In this document: piece after piece, positions 8,723 through 19,289 of the stretch
Layout: every line of letters begins with the position of its first letter
How positions within the stretch are numbered: the first letter of the stretch is position 1
DNA from: Candidatus Latescibacterota bacterium
Lineage (GTDB): Bacteria; Latescibacterota; UBA2968; GCA-2709665
DNA: 64,000 nucleotides
Direction of reading: 5' to 3'
Assembly (NCBI GenBank): GCA_965205485.1
Contig: OZ242180.1
Span: forward strand, 1,280,001-1,344,000
Notes under the pieces: generated by a model
The model's database searches: none
Told to the model about the DNA's origin: nothing
What the model saw: the letters and a program-made list of their open reading frames with translations, nothing else
Program-made: the position numbers and the translations under genes

Positions 8723-9562
8723 ATGTCAAGCGTTTGGAGCCAACAGGAGGTCGAAGCCACTGTTCGAGACTATTTCGACATGCTGGCTTTAGAACTTCGA
8801 GGTGAACAGTATAACAAAGCTGCTCACAACAGAGGGCTCCGCGCGCGGCTGGATGGCCGCTCACGCGGCGCGGTAGAACGCAAACACCAGAACATCAGTG
8901 CAGTCCTGATTGAGTTGGGTTTCCCTTACATCAGCGGATACAAGCCGCTTCCCAACGTTCAACACATGTTGCGGGACGTGGTGAGCGAGCAGATTCCGTC
9001 GCTCCAGCACCTGGTCAAAGCCGATGTCGAAGCAACCCAGATCCCGGTCACAGTCGATGATATCCTCGACATTGGTGTCGATCCGCCTGTGCCTGCATCA
9101 GTCTCGGTGGGTGAGAAAGCGACCGACTACGTGGTTCGCGGTCGCCGCTCCACGACGATAGACTACCTCGAGATGGAGGCGCGCAATCGATCGCTCGGGT
9201 GCGCTGGAGAAGCGCTGGTGATGGAGTTCGAACGCGAGCGTCTGATGCGCAAAGGCAAGGATCGCCTGGCCAGAAATGTCGAGCAGGTCTCCAAAACTGT
9301 GGGCGACCACGCCGGCTTTGATATTCGTTCGTACGAAGTCAACGGGCAGGACCGATTCATCGAGGTCAAAACAACGCGTTACGGGAAGCTCACGCCGTTC
9401 TACATCAGCGCCGGCGAGGTCCGATTCTCCGAAGCGAACGCAAACGCCTACCATCTCTACAGGCTCTTCGAGTTTCGACAGCGTCCCGGCCTATTCCAGT
9501 TACACGGGGATGTCGGACGTCACGTACACTTGCAGCCAATAAACTACCGCGCACGATTCTGA
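8723..9562 (+). CDS. DUF3883 (PD-(D/E)XK) domain protein, putative restriction-type endonuclease
   Basis: G..GEALV..FE, GDHAGFDIRS, RFIEVKTT, FYISAGE, YHLYRLF. Confidence 0.75.
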   Translation: MSSVWSQQEVEATVRDYFDMLALELRGEQYNKAAHNRGLRARLDGRSRGAVERKHQNISAVLIELGFPYISGYKPLPNVQHMLRDVVSEQIPSLQHLVKADVEATQIPVTVDDILDIGVDPPVPASVSVGEKATDYVVRGRRSTTIDYLEMEARNRSLGCAGEALVMEFERERLMRKGKDRLARNVEQVSKTVGDHAGFDIRSYEVNGQDRFIEVKTTRYGKLTPFYISAGEVRFSEANANAYHLYRLFEFRQRPGLFQLHGDVGRHVHLQPINYRARF

Positions 9563-9677
9563 AAGCCGGACCTGCCTCTAATGGAATCGTCGCTGAAAGA
9601 CGAACTTCGAGAGATCGGCGCCAGCGAGAACAACGTCACGGCGCACAGGCTGGATCTCTGCGATCGGGACTGCTGAC

Positions 9678-10436
9678 ATGACGGAGACGGACATCCAACG
9701 CCTGCTGGTTTGGGTCATATTCGGCCTGGCCGGCGTGACCTTCCTGTATTTGCTTCGGAGACCGGCGCCTTACGGCCGCCACTTTCCGGGCTCCGGTTGG
9801 GGGCCGACCGTCTCCGGCAGGGCGGGCTGGATCGGCATGGAATCTCCGGCGGTCTTCTTCTTCCTGTTCGTTTATCTGGAAGGGAGCTTGAAGGGCAGCC
9901 TCCTGTCGCTGGTTTTCCTGGCGATGTGGCAGGGCCACTACCTGAACCGGACGCTCATCTACCCGTTCCGGATGCGGACCGGCCGAAGAATGCCGCTTGT
10001 CGTAGCCGGTTCGGGGTTCTTCTTCAATATGCTGAATGCTTATGTTAACGCCCGGTTCGTCTCCCATCTCGGCGAGTACCCTGTTTCATGGCTGACCAAC
10101 CCGTGTTTCCTGATCGGAGCGGCAGTTTTCGCCGGTGGCATCGTTCTGAATGTGCACAGCGACGGCATCCTGCGCGGCCTGCGGAAACAGGAAGGCACAG
10201 GTTACGTCGTCCCGGACCGCGGCGCCTTCCGGCACGTCTCCTGCCCGAACTACCTCGGCGAGATTCTGGAATGGACGGGTTGGGCGATCGCCACGTGGTC
10301 GCCCGGCGGGCTCGCGTTCTGCGTCTATACGATCGCCAATCTGGTCCCCCGGGCCCGCAGCAATCACCGCTGGTACCAGGAACGCTTCCCGGACTACCCG
10401 CCCAACCGCCGTGCCCTCATCCCGGGCGTGTTCTGA
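9678..10436 (+). CDS. 3-oxo-5-alpha-steroid 4-dehydrogenase (SRD5A-like)
   Basis: APYGRH, GWIGMESP, HYLNR.LIYPF, NVHSDGILRGLR, VSCPNYLGEILEW.GWA, NLVPRA..NHRWY. Confidence 0.9.
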   Translation: MTETDIQRLLVWVIFGLAGVTFLYLLRRPAPYGRHFPGSGWGPTVSGRAGWIGMESPAVFFFLFVYLEGSLKGSLLSLVFLAMWQGHYLNRTLIYPFRMRTGRRMPLVVAGSGFFFNMLNAYVNARFVSHLGEYPVSWLTNPCFLIGAAVFAGGIVLNVHSDGILRGLRKQEGTGYVVPDRGAFRHVSCPNYLGEILEWTGWAIATWSPGGLAFCVYTIANLVPRARSNHRWYQERFPDYPPNRRALIPGVF

Positions 10437-10576
10437 GCAGGTCGGGAACGCCGGCGCGGCGGGTTCCGTCCAGGTATCCTTCGCCCGTGGAATGACCGAT
10501 GGTATCGCGCGCAGGTACACGGCCCGGTACCATCCCAGCCCTTGTCGAGTAATACCCTTTGGAAGGACGAATCGAA

Positions 10577-12313
10577 ATGTCCGGAAGCCATCGACCGTCG
10601 ATCCGCGCGAAACGGTATGTCGTCTCGTCGCTGCACTATCTGGCAACCATGGGTGGGGTCCGGATTCTCGAAAATGGCGGTAATGCCGCGGATGCCGGGG
10701 TCGCCACCGGGATCTGCATTAACGTCCTTCAACCGGGGTCCACCCATTTCGGCGGCGTCGCGCCGATTATCTATTGCCCGGGAACGGGCGCGCCCGTAGA
10801 AACCATCAGCGGCCTCGGACGCTGGCCCCGGGCTGCAAGCATCGACACCTTTCAGGAATATCACGGCGGCGACCTGCCCCCCGGTATCCTGAGGACCGTT
10901 ACGCCGGCATCGCCTGATGCGTGGTTGACGGCGCTGGCGCGGTTCGGCACCATGAGCTTCGAGCAGGTCATTCAGCCCGCGCTGGACCTCGCCGAAAACG
11001 GACTCCCGGTCGACGATCAGTTCCACGCCTTCGCCAGCGGGGCACTGGGAGATGCGCCGTCGACAACTGCCGTTTTCAATCCCGGTGGACACATTCCACA
11101 GATCGGGGAAGTTTTCTGCCAGAAGGACCTTGTGAACACCTTCCGGCGGATGATCGATGCCGAACGAGGGGCACGGGGCGATCGGGTAACGGGAATCAGG
11201 GCCGCGCGCGATCTGATCTACGAGGGTGCAATCGCACGGGAAATTGCCGAATTCTACGCGCGGGAAGGGGGCCTGCTCACGTACGAGGATCTTGCGGCAT
11301 TCACGGTTAGGGTCGAACCCCCCGCACACATCACCTACAAAGGCTATGACGTCTATACCTGCGGTCCCTGGTGCCAGGGGCCAACGTTGAACATGGCGCT
11401 GAAGATCCTCGAAGGAGTTGACCTGCGGAGAATGGGGCACGAATCCGCGGATTATCTCCATGCGATTATCGAGGGGATCAAACTGGTGTTTGCCGATCGC
11501 GAGGCGTACTTCGGCGACCCCGATTTCGTGCAGGTGCCGCTGGCGGGTTTACTCGACGAGCGCTATGCCGCTGGAAGACGGAACGCCATTGATCCGGATC
11601 GCGCCGCTGCCGACATGCCGCCCGCCGGCGATCCGTGGCCGTTCCATCCGGAGCCGCGGGGGAAAAACGGTCCCTTCCCGACCCTGGATCCGGACCGACC
11701 GCAGCCGGAGCGACTGTCTCATTGGGAAAGCGACACCAGTTTCCTCTGCGTGGTGGATGAACAGGGCAACGCCTTCTCGTCGACCCCGTCCGACGTGGTG
11801 GGTTGGACCCCTGTCGTGCCTGGCCTGGGTTTTCCAGTCTCGGGACGCGGGACGCAGACGTGGCTTGATCCTTCCCATCCCTCATCTCTGCAGCCCTGGA
11901 AGCGGCCGCGCCTCACCCCGAACCCGGCGCTGGTCCTGAAGGATGGCAGGCCGTTTATGCCCTTTGGATGTCCCGGCGGCGATGCGCAGGTCCAGGGGAT
12001 GCTGCAGGTATTCCTCAATATCGTCGAGTTCGGCATGGACCCGCAGGAAGCGATCGACGCCCCGCGCGTCATCAGCCACAGCTTTCCGAATTCGTTCTGG
12101 CCCCACGGATCGTTGCCCGGCGAGGTCACGGTCGAAGCCCGCATCGCCCCGCACGTGCGTGAGAACCTGCGAGGTCGCGGGCACATCGTCGACGATACTG
12201 ACGATTGGAGCGGTGGGGTCAGCCGGGTGTGCGCCATTACGGTCGATCATGAGACGGGCACGCGCATGGGCGGCGCGGACCCCCGCTCAACGTCGTATGC
12301 GATCGGCTGGTGA
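10577..12313 (+). CDS. ggt: Gamma-glutamyltransferase family Ntn hydrolase, no signal peptide
   Basis: GGNAADAGVA, FADREAYFGDP, autocleavage Thr in ESD/TSFLCVVDEQGN, GCPGGDAQ, GGADPR. Confidence 0.85.
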   Translation: MSGSHRPSIRAKRYVVSSLHYLATMGGVRILENGGNAADAGVATGICINVLQPGSTHFGGVAPIIYCPGTGAPVETISGLGRWPRAASIDTFQEYHGGDLPPGILRTVTPASPDAWLTALARFGTMSFEQVIQPALDLAENGLPVDDQFHAFASGALGDAPSTTAVFNPGGHIPQIGEVFCQKDLVNTFRRMIDAERGARGDRVTGIRAARDLIYEGAIAREIAEFYAREGGLLTYEDLAAFTVRVEPPAHITYKGYDVYTCGPWCQGPTLNMALKILEGVDLRRMGHESADYLHAIIEGIKLVFADREAYFGDPDFVQVPLAGLLDERYAAGRRNAIDPDRAAADMPPAGDPWPFHPEPRGKNGPFPTLDPDRPQPERLSHWESDTSFLCVVDEQGNAFSSTPSDVVGWTPVVPGLGFPVSGRGTQTWLDPSHPSSLQPWKRPRLTPNPALVLKDGRPFMPFGCPGGDAQVQGMLQVFLNIVEFGMDPQEAIDAPRVISHSFPNSFWPHGSLPGEVTVEARIAPHVRENLRGRGHIVDDTDDWSGGVSRVCAITVDHETGTRMGGADPRSTSYAIGW

Positions 12314-12576
12314 AGGAAACGCCGAAAGGCGGGTAGAGGGTAGAAGACCACACCCCGCCCCACCACCACCTGGTGAGACGTAATACGTTAGAGGTTAGAG
12401 ATGACACGCCACGTTCGGTTGTCCATACGCGCCGGAGGCCTAGAGGAATAACAGATCGGCAAAGATCTCTTCTAACGGCTCACGTCTCCCCTCTACCCGC
12501 TTCTAAGGGACCGTGGGGAGAGATCACCGCGCATACCTGACGGCTTGTTAACAGGATGTCTATAAAGAAAGGTTAT

Positions 12577-14070
12577 ATGCTCACACAAATCGATTATGGC
12601 GTCATCGCGGTCTACGCGGTGTTGATGGCCTGGATTGGAATTCTGGCGAAGCGAAAGTCCGCCAACGTGGAACAGTATTTCGTGGCGGGACACGGATTGC
12701 CCTGGTGGATGGCGGCCATCTCGCACCATGTCTCCGGGTACAGCGCGGTGGCGTTTGTGGGTTTCGCCGGCCGCGCGGCGGTGACGGGATTCAGCATGTG
12801 GACCCTGTTTTCGCTCGGGGTGTTCGTGGCGCTGGTGATCGGATGCCTCGTGTGGGCGCCGCGATGGTCCAGGCTGAAAGTGCTCACGCCGGTGGAATAC
12901 CTGGAAGCGCGTTACGGCAATTCCGTTCGGGGCCTGATCGCGGTGTCCGGTATCCTCATCAAGTTTATCGACCTTGGCATCAAGCTGTTCGCGATCTCGA
13001 TCGTGGTCCACGTGGTTACCGGCTGGGCGGTGCTGCCCGTGATCGTCGTTTCGGGTCTGATCACCATCGCGTACGTGTTCATCGGCGGCTTGTGGGCGAC
13101 GGTACTTACGGACCTGGTACAGTTCGTGGTACAACTCGTCATGAGTCTGGCCGTACTGTTTATCGCGCTGGATATGGTGGGCGGCTGGAACGCGATGTGG
13201 GAAAGCCTGCCCAGGGAGCGTGCCGGCTTTTTCAATGCGTCGGGCGGTATCAGTGTGAGCTTCTGGCTGGTCTACGTGGTTGTGATCATCTTCAGCTACA
13301 ACGGAGGTACCTGGGGTCTGGCGCAGCGATTCGTGTCGGTGGAAAAGCCGAGGGATGCCCAGAAGGCGGCGCTTTTGTCGGCGATTCTCTATCTGTTCTA
13401 TCCCATCGTCATCTTCGTCCCCGCCTGGGCCGCGCCGCTGCTGATGCCCGAATACTTCGATCCGCAGACACTTCAGCCGATCGCCGGTTTCGACCTGGAC
13501 CAGACGTATATCCTTGTGACGCAGAAAATCCTCTCCGCTCTGGCGCCGGGGCTGATCGGACTGCTGGTTTGCTCGATGTTTGCCGCGACGATGTCGATGA
13601 TCGACAGCGATATCAACGCGTTGGCCGCCGTATTCACCAAGGACTTCTACCAGCGGAACTTCAGGCGCGAAATCGACGACAGGGCGCTGTTCAGGGCGGG
13701 CATGACGATAACGGCGATCTTCGGGCTCGCGGTACTGATTACCGCGATCGTGATCTCCCAGAGTCAGGGCATGAACAAGGTCTTCGGCCTCACGGTAAAG
13801 CTGTTCGGCGGCCTCCTGTCGCCCATCGCGATCCCGCTGATGTTCGGGATGATATGGAAACGACCGACGGCGCGCGGCGCGATCCTGTCGTTTATCGGAG
13901 GCGTCATCACCTACTTCATCGCGATTCAATACACCGACAGGTTCGAATTCTACACCGGTCTGGAAATCCTGGTCGCGCTGGTTATCTACTTCGGCGAGGG
14001 TTATCTCTCCCGGCGCAGCGCGGAGAAGGAGGCGGAGGTCGAGGCGCTGTTCGAGAGAATTGAAAAGTGA
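12577..14070 (+). CDS. Sodium:solute symporter family protein
   Basis: YFVAGHGLPWW, TPVEYLEARYG, GGLWATVLTDLVQ, AATMSMIDS; multiple TM helices. Confidence 0.9.
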   Translation: MLTQIDYGVIAVYAVLMAWIGILAKRKSANVEQYFVAGHGLPWWMAAISHHVSGYSAVAFVGFAGRAAVTGFSMWTLFSLGVFVALVIGCLVWAPRWSRLKVLTPVEYLEARYGNSVRGLIAVSGILIKFIDLGIKLFAISIVVHVVTGWAVLPVIVVSGLITIAYVFIGGLWATVLTDLVQFVVQLVMSLAVLFIALDMVGGWNAMWESLPRERAGFFNASGGISVSFWLVYVVVIIFSYNGGTWGLAQRFVSVEKPRDAQKAALLSAILYLFYPIVIFVPAWAAPLLMPEYFDPQTLQPIAGFDLDQTYILVTQKILSALAPGLIGLLVCSMFAATMSMIDSDINALAAVFTKDFYQRNFRREIDDRALFRAGMTITAIFGLAVLITAIVISQSQGMNKVFGLTVKLFGGLLSPIAIPLMFGMIWKRPTARGAILSFIGGVITYFIAIQYTDRFEFYTGLEILVALVIYFGEGYLSRRSAEKEAEVEALFERIEK

Positions 14071-14093
14071 TACATCGTCAACAGGAAATAAAG

Positions 14094-14615
14094 CCGTCAG
14101 CTATCAGCCATCAGCTGTCAGCTTGAATCAAGAGCCAGATCCGAAGACGGGAGCGCCTTGAACAGCAAGACAATGGATGGCGCAGTCCTCTCCCCCCAGC
14201 CCCGTCAGACTGCGCTGTCTGATATCAGCCAAGACCGGTTAGCGATACGGACACGCGAAAGCCATGACCGATTTCAGCGCCGCTGAGTGGGCGACCGGCC
14301 GGTCGCCCCTACAAGAACGACGACAGCGCGGGAACCAGCGAGATCGATTCGTGGATTGTTGGTTATTGTAGGGGCGGTTCGCGAACCGCCCGGCCTTTGC
14401 GCGGTAACACCGCATGTCACGCGAGGGTCCTTTCGCGTCCATCAGACGTCCGTCCGGAAGTGGTGATGGGGGTTTGTTCGCGGAAAAACCCACGCCGCTC
14501 ACGATCAGCGAAAGCATGCCAGGCGGCAAACCCAGGGAAAGTTGCGACACCTGGATCTCCCGCTTCGCGCAGACCTCTCCCCCCGACCCCCTCTCCTGCG
14601 AGGAGAGGGGGAGGA
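14094..14615. repeat. Composite intergenic repeat cluster (heptamer run, inverted GTAG-REP doublet, purine/pyrimidine hairpin)
   Basis: CCGTCAGCTATCAGCCATCAGCTGTCAGC at 14094; GGGCGACCGGCCGGTCGCCCCTAC 14289-14312 and GTAGGGGCGGTTCGCGAACCGCCC 14368-14391; CCCCCTCTCCTGCGAGGAGAGGGGG near 14587. Confidence 0.75.
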
Positions 14616-14792
14616 AAATCAGACGATGTATCGTACAAGGAAATAGGGGAATTTAGACGGGAGGGGTAGAAACAATGAGAACGCAAGAACGAATTTGGGA
14701 GATTTAATATCCGCATTTCGGCAGGATCCCTGCCTTCGGCGGAGAAAACCGGCCCTTTGATTCGCCAGGATGTTTTTGACAGGAGAGCCTTT

Positions 14793-15848
14793 ATGCTGAT
14801 CGTCGATTCTCACCTGGATATCGCCCACAACGCGCTCGAATGGGACCGGGACCTGCTCCGGCCCATCGCCGAAATACGCGAGGCCGAAGCCGGAATGGCG
14901 CAGAAGGGCCGCGGTCAGAACGCAGTGAATTTTGCCGAACTGCGGCGCGGCGGGATCGGCCTGTTCTTCGTCACGGTACACTCCCGGCTCGCCTCGATGG
15001 GCAAGCGATTTCCCGGTGTGCGCACGCAGGACATCGCCTACGCCAGATGCAGGGGCGAGTTAGCCTACTACCGCCTGATGGTGGCCAGGGGCGTCTTGCG
15101 CCAGATACGCGATCGCGCCGGACTCGACGACCATCTTGCCGAGTGGGATAACGATCCGCAGACGACCCCGCTGGGATTCGTCCTCAGCATGGAAGGGGCG
15201 GACGGCATTGTGGCGCCGGATCAGGTACCGGAGTGGTGGGATGAGGGCCTGAGGATTGTGAGCCTGTGCCACTACGGGGTCAGCGCCTACTCGCACGGGA
15301 CCCAGGCTCCCGGCGGCCTGACGGCCAGAGGCCGCCCCATGCTCGAAGCCCTGGAGGCTGCCGGGATCATCCTCGATGTGAGCCACCTGGCCGAGCAGGC
15401 ATTCTGGGAAGCCCTGGAGGTCTTCAACGGTCCCGTGGTAGCCACGCACAACTGCTGCCGGACCCTGTGCGACCACGACCGCCAGCTCGACGATCGACAG
15501 ATCAAGACGCTGGCGCAGCGCGGGGGCGTCATTGGCACAGCCATGGACGTCTGGATGGTCTCTCCCCTATGGGACCCGGCCGCCATGGACAACACGGGAA
15601 TCACGCTGGAGACCGTGGTGGACCACATCGACCACGTCTGCCAACTGACCGGGAACTCGCGCCACGCCGCCATCGGCACCGACCTGGACGGCGGCTTCGG
15701 CAAGGAGCAGTGCCCGTCCGATCTCGACACCATCGCCGACCTGCGGAAGATTCCCGCCATCCTCGAAAGGCGCGGTTACTCGCAGGCCGACGTTGCAAAC
15801 ATTATGCACGGAAACTGGCTCCGCATGCTGCGCGCTGCGTGGAGATGA
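14793..15848 (+). CDS. Membrane dipeptidase (peptidase M19) family
   Basis: IVDSHLD, LSMEGAD, ILDVSHL, ATHNC, DHIDHVC, IGTDLDG, GNWLR. Confidence 0.9.
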   Translation: MLIVDSHLDIAHNALEWDRDLLRPIAEIREAEAGMAQKGRGQNAVNFAELRRGGIGLFFVTVHSRLASMGKRFPGVRTQDIAYARCRGELAYYRLMVARGVLRQIRDRAGLDDHLAEWDNDPQTTPLGFVLSMEGADGIVAPDQVPEWWDEGLRIVSLCHYGVSAYSHGTQAPGGLTARGRPMLEALEAAGIILDVSHLAEQAFWEALEVFNGPVVATHNCCRTLCDHDRQLDDRQIKTLAQRGGVIGTAMDVWMVSPLWDPAAMDNTGITLETVVDHIDHVCQLTGNSRHAAIGTDLDGGFGKEQCPSDLDTIADLRKIPAILERRGYSQADVANIMHGNWLRMLRAAWR

Positions 15849-15877
15849 ACGGGATAGTGCCGGAGGAGGTTTCGAAT

Positions 15878-18004
15878 ATGTCGAATGAGAGCAATGTTTG
15901 TTTTTCGCTCGACGCTGCTGCGCTCGAAGCGCGGGGTCAGTTCGATCAACTCATATACTGCGAGTTGAAAAAGGCCATCGTCCTCAATGATATGCTCCTT
16001 GTCGAAGACGATGCGCCGGCCATCGGCCGCCCCGAGGGCGCCGAGGACCGGTCGTGGTTCGAGAAATTGCAGGAAGGCGTGATGGTCCGCAAAGATCTGG
16101 TCCTGGACGATCCTCGCGCAAAAGCTGCCTATTTGATCTTCAACGGACGGGAAATGGACGACAATGACCATGCGCTCCACATCTCCGTCAATGGTCACCA
16201 CCTGATCCGACCTCCGAGTAAGATAGCCCACCCAACCGCTCGCCAATACTATACCAGCGACTGGGGCGGCTCGCACTTCGACAACTGGTTCGAGGTGCCC
16301 GTGCCGGTGGATGCCCTGCGGCAGGGTACCAATGAATTCGTCCTTTGGGCCGAATCGGAGGAGACCAGTTGGGAAATGATGGTGGCCGCCGATGGAGAAT
16401 ATCAGCGTGGATCTGAAACACGATTCTGCCACCCAAACCGAAGCGCAAAGAGCCGGGACGGAGGCCGTACATGGGATTTTGAGCGCCTGGGCTGGAAGGA
16501 TGAAATCGACGGGGAATACGCCATCCGCCTCAGCCTGGATCGCAGCGTACCGCGAGGAACTCTTGTCTCGCCGGTGATCGACCTGGCTGAAGGATGTAAC
16601 AAAAATAGAATAGGGAAATTGCTCGATATCGAAGAGTGCCGGGTAGGATGGCAGGTGGATGTGCCAGAGGGATGCCAGGTGGAAATAGAGGCGCGCCTGG
16701 GCGATAATCCAGTGCCTGCGGCCGCCGCATGGTGCCCTTTCGAGTCCGTGGCGGATTTCTCAAGGACATGGCGCGATCGGGTCGGGCGCTACTTGCAGTT
16801 CAGGATTGTCATGTACGCCCGCAATCCGCTGGTGACGCCGGCGTTCAATGGTGTCACCGTGGAAGTGAAGTGCCGCGAGCACAAACACCGGCCGAATAGA
16901 CGTTACCACCTTCACAGGTTCCGCAACGGTCGCGTCATCCGCCCATCTCTGCCCTACGTCCACGAAGATTTCGCCCGCCTGAACGAACTTCGCCAGCACT
17001 TTGAACTGGACGCGGTGATCTCAGACGCGGCGACTGAATTCGAAGCCCAACTGAAACTCATGCACTGGGCCTACAAGGTGCCGCTGGGTCGCCTGGACGC
17101 GTACCAATGGAATTACTTCGATCTGCCTCAACTCGACAGGGATGCAAGCGGACGCCCCGGCCTGCTGGGCGACTACCGGATGCGCCGGCGCGACGGCCAC
17201 TGCCTCTACTGTAACCTGACCTTGATCGCCGCCTGTCTGGCCATGGGCTTTCCGGCCCGCTGGGTCAACATCTCGACCAAACACACTTACGGGCACGAAG
17301 TGGCGGAAGTATGGTCCAACGAGTACGACAAGTGGATTTTCCTGGATGCGACGCGCGATTACTACATTTACGATCCCGACACGGGAATTCCCCTGAGTCT
17401 GGTGGAAATCAGCGGGCGCCTGGCCGAAATCATGCCAGGGCCGGCAACCTGGGAATATCCCATCCAGTGGCGCCTGCCGGACCTCGAAATGCTCCGTGCC
17501 GCTCGCGTTGCCTATCGCCAGGGCGACAACGCGTTTTCGATTGATGACCTGAGCGGAGGACCCGAGCATCTGATGCTCAAGGGACACCTGCAAATGGTCC
17601 GGCGCAACGACTTCGCCAGCCGGCCATGGCCGCTGCCGTGGCGACTCTCCAGCAACTGGGGAAGCGATCTCTTCTATTGTTTCTACAGCGATGTGTTCCC
17701 CCGCAAACGCGAATACCCCCAACACACCAGGCGCTGGCAGGATTTCAGTCCCCCTCTTAACCAGACGGAACTCTTTTTGAGCGAAACCGCCGAGCCGGAC
17801 GTCCTGCGCGTGGACATGGATACCGAAACGCCTTGCTTTGACGCGTTTCTAGTAAAGATCGACGGAGCCGAATGGAGGGAACAAAAAAACCCCTCGCTGG
17901 AGTGGCGCCTGCACGAAGGCCTGAATCAACTGCGGCTCAAGGCGCGCAACAGCGCGGGGGTTTGCGGCCCGGAAAGCCACGCGGCGGTCGTGATGAATAC
18001 CTGA
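15878..18004 (+). CDS. Transglutaminase-like (Cys-His-Asp) domain protein
   Basis: GHCLYCN, GHEVAEVWSNEYDKWIFLDAT; Asp-box-like SRDGGRTW; RBS GGAGGAGG before ATG 15878. The upstream extension in the ORF track overlaps the dipeptidase and is spurious. Confidence 0.7.
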   Translation: MSNESNVCFSLDAAALEARGQFDQLIYCELKKAIVLNDMLLVEDDAPAIGRPEGAEDRSWFEKLQEGVMVRKDLVLDDPRAKAAYLIFNGREMDDNDHALHISVNGHHLIRPPSKIAHPTARQYYTSDWGGSHFDNWFEVPVPVDALRQGTNEFVLWAESEETSWEMMVAADGEYQRGSETRFCHPNRSAKSRDGGRTWDFERLGWKDEIDGEYAIRLSLDRSVPRGTLVSPVIDLAEGCNKNRIGKLLDIEECRVGWQVDVPEGCQVEIEARLGDNPVPAAAAWCPFESVADFSRTWRDRVGRYLQFRIVMYARNPLVTPAFNGVTVEVKCREHKHRPNRRYHLHRFRNGRVIRPSLPYVHEDFARLNELRQHFELDAVISDAATEFEAQLKLMHWAYKVPLGRLDAYQWNYFDLPQLDRDASGRPGLLGDYRMRRRDGHCLYCNLTLIAACLAMGFPARWVNISTKHTYGHEVAEVWSNEYDKWIFLDATRDYYIYDPDTGIPLSLVEISGRLAEIMPGPATWEYPIQWRLPDLEMLRAARVAYRQGDNAFSIDDLSGGPEHLMLKGHLQMVRRNDFASRPWPLPWRLSSNWGSDLFYCFYSDVFPRKREYPQHTRRWQDFSPPLNQTELFLSETAEPDVLRVDMDTETPCFDAFLVKIDGAEWREQKNPSLEWRLHEGLNQLRLKARNSAGVCGPESHAAVVMNT

Positions 18005-18036
18005 AAGGCGACAATCGCGGGTCGACTTCTTGCTCT

Positions 18037-19218
18037 TCAGTTGTCCTCCACCGATCCGTCCTCGTACCTGAGTTCCTCCCGAAGAATCGGCCTATAGGGA
18101 TGTGCACGGGCGACCTCCTCGTTCAGTTCGAGTCCGAGACCGGGGGTGTCCGGCAACGTCACGAACCCGTCCTCGACCTGGAACCGGTGCCCGTAGAACA
18201 GGTCGTCCCGCCAGTCGGTCTTCTCTCTGGTGGAGTCGTCCGCATAGGAAGCCATCTCCTGGATCACGCTGTTCGGGCAGTTCAGGCCCATGTGGATCTC
18301 GGCGGCCACGCCCACCCTGCTGTAGGTGATGTGTGGTGAGACCTGGATGTACTGCGCCTCCGCCATGGCTGCAATCTTCTTGAACTCCGAGATGCCGCCG
18401 CAATGGACGATGTCCGGATTGAGGTAGCTCACCAGGCGTTTGGCGATGATGTCCTGGAAGCCCCACTTGGTGAAGTTCCTTTCTCCCATGCACAGAGGCA
18501 CCGTCGTGCGTTCGCTGAGCCACTCGAGGGCGTCGTTGGATCCTTCCACCTGGATCGGTTCCTCCACCCAGAAGGGGCGGTAGGGTTCGACGGCCTTGCA
18601 GTACTCCAGGGCCATGGTCGGCGTCAGCCGGCCGTGGGCGTCGATGAGGATATCGAAGTCATCGCCTCCTTCGATGCGCATTTCCTCGATCTGCGCGACC
18701 GCGCGCTTCAGGTCCCATGGCATGGGTACGGTGAGCGGGTCGCCGACTTTCGTCACAGGCGGACCCGTCTTGACGGCATTGCATCCCATGGCCCGTGCGC
18801 GCTGCACGCCCGCTTTGCCCCCGCCGCCGGCGTAGATGCGGACCTTGTCTCGCGCGGCGCCTCCGAGAAGTTTGTAGATCGGCAGGCCCGCGATCTTTCC
18901 CACGATATCCCACAGTGCGATATCGATGGCGCTCAGAGCGGTGGTGAAGAGCACGCCCACGTGCCACCGGTTCCACCTGAAAAGCCCCTGCCATATATGT
19001 TCGATATCCGTTGGATTCCTGCCGATGAGGTGGCCCTCGAAGTCCCTGATGCACTGGGCGATGGTGCCCACCTTGTTGTCGCTGATCGAACCCTCGCCGA
19101 GTCCCGTGATCCCCTCGTTCGTGCTGATCTTCACGAAACAGCAGTTGCCTTCCACCAGGAAGGTGTCCACGGCGGTGATCCTGATACCGGAGTAAATTGA
19201 TGGATCCTCGTGCGTCAT
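18037..19218 (-). CDS. Mandelate racemase/muconate lactonizing enzyme family, galactonate dehydratase-like
   Basis: SAIDIALWDIVGK, IYKLLGG, DAHGR, WVEEP, GER, PDIVHCGGISE, PGLGLE. Confidence 0.85.
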   Translation of the reverse strand: MTHEDPSIYSGIRITAVDTFLVEGNCCFVKISTNEGITGLGEGSISDNKVGTIAQCIRDFEGHLIGRNPTDIEHIWQGLFRWNRWHVGVLFTTALSAIDIALWDIVGKIAGLPIYKLLGGAARDKVRIYAGGGGKAGVQRARAMGCNAVKTGPPVTKVGDPLTVPMPWDLKRAVAQIEEMRIEGGDDFDILIDAHGRLTPTMALEYCKAVEPYRPFWVEEPIQVEGSNDALEWLSERTTVPLCMGERNFTKWGFQDIIAKRLVSYLNPDIVHCGGISEFKKIAAMAEAQYIQVSPHITYSRVGVAAEIHMGLNCPNSVIQEMASYADDSTREKTDWRDDLFYGHRFQVEDGFVTLPDTPGLGLELNEEVARAHPYRPILREELRYEDGSVEDN

Positions 19219-19289
19219 CTTCAGTGTCTCCTCTGAAAGTCCTCTCAAAAGGCACTTCAAGCGTTTTTTAAGTGGTTTCCCGTGAGTGA

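Noticed and set aside
15266..15877. N-terminal 204 aa of the 912-aa ORF
   Set aside because: Overlaps the dipeptidase in another frame and is Arg/Pro/Gly-rich shadow sequence; a strong RBS supports a start at 15878
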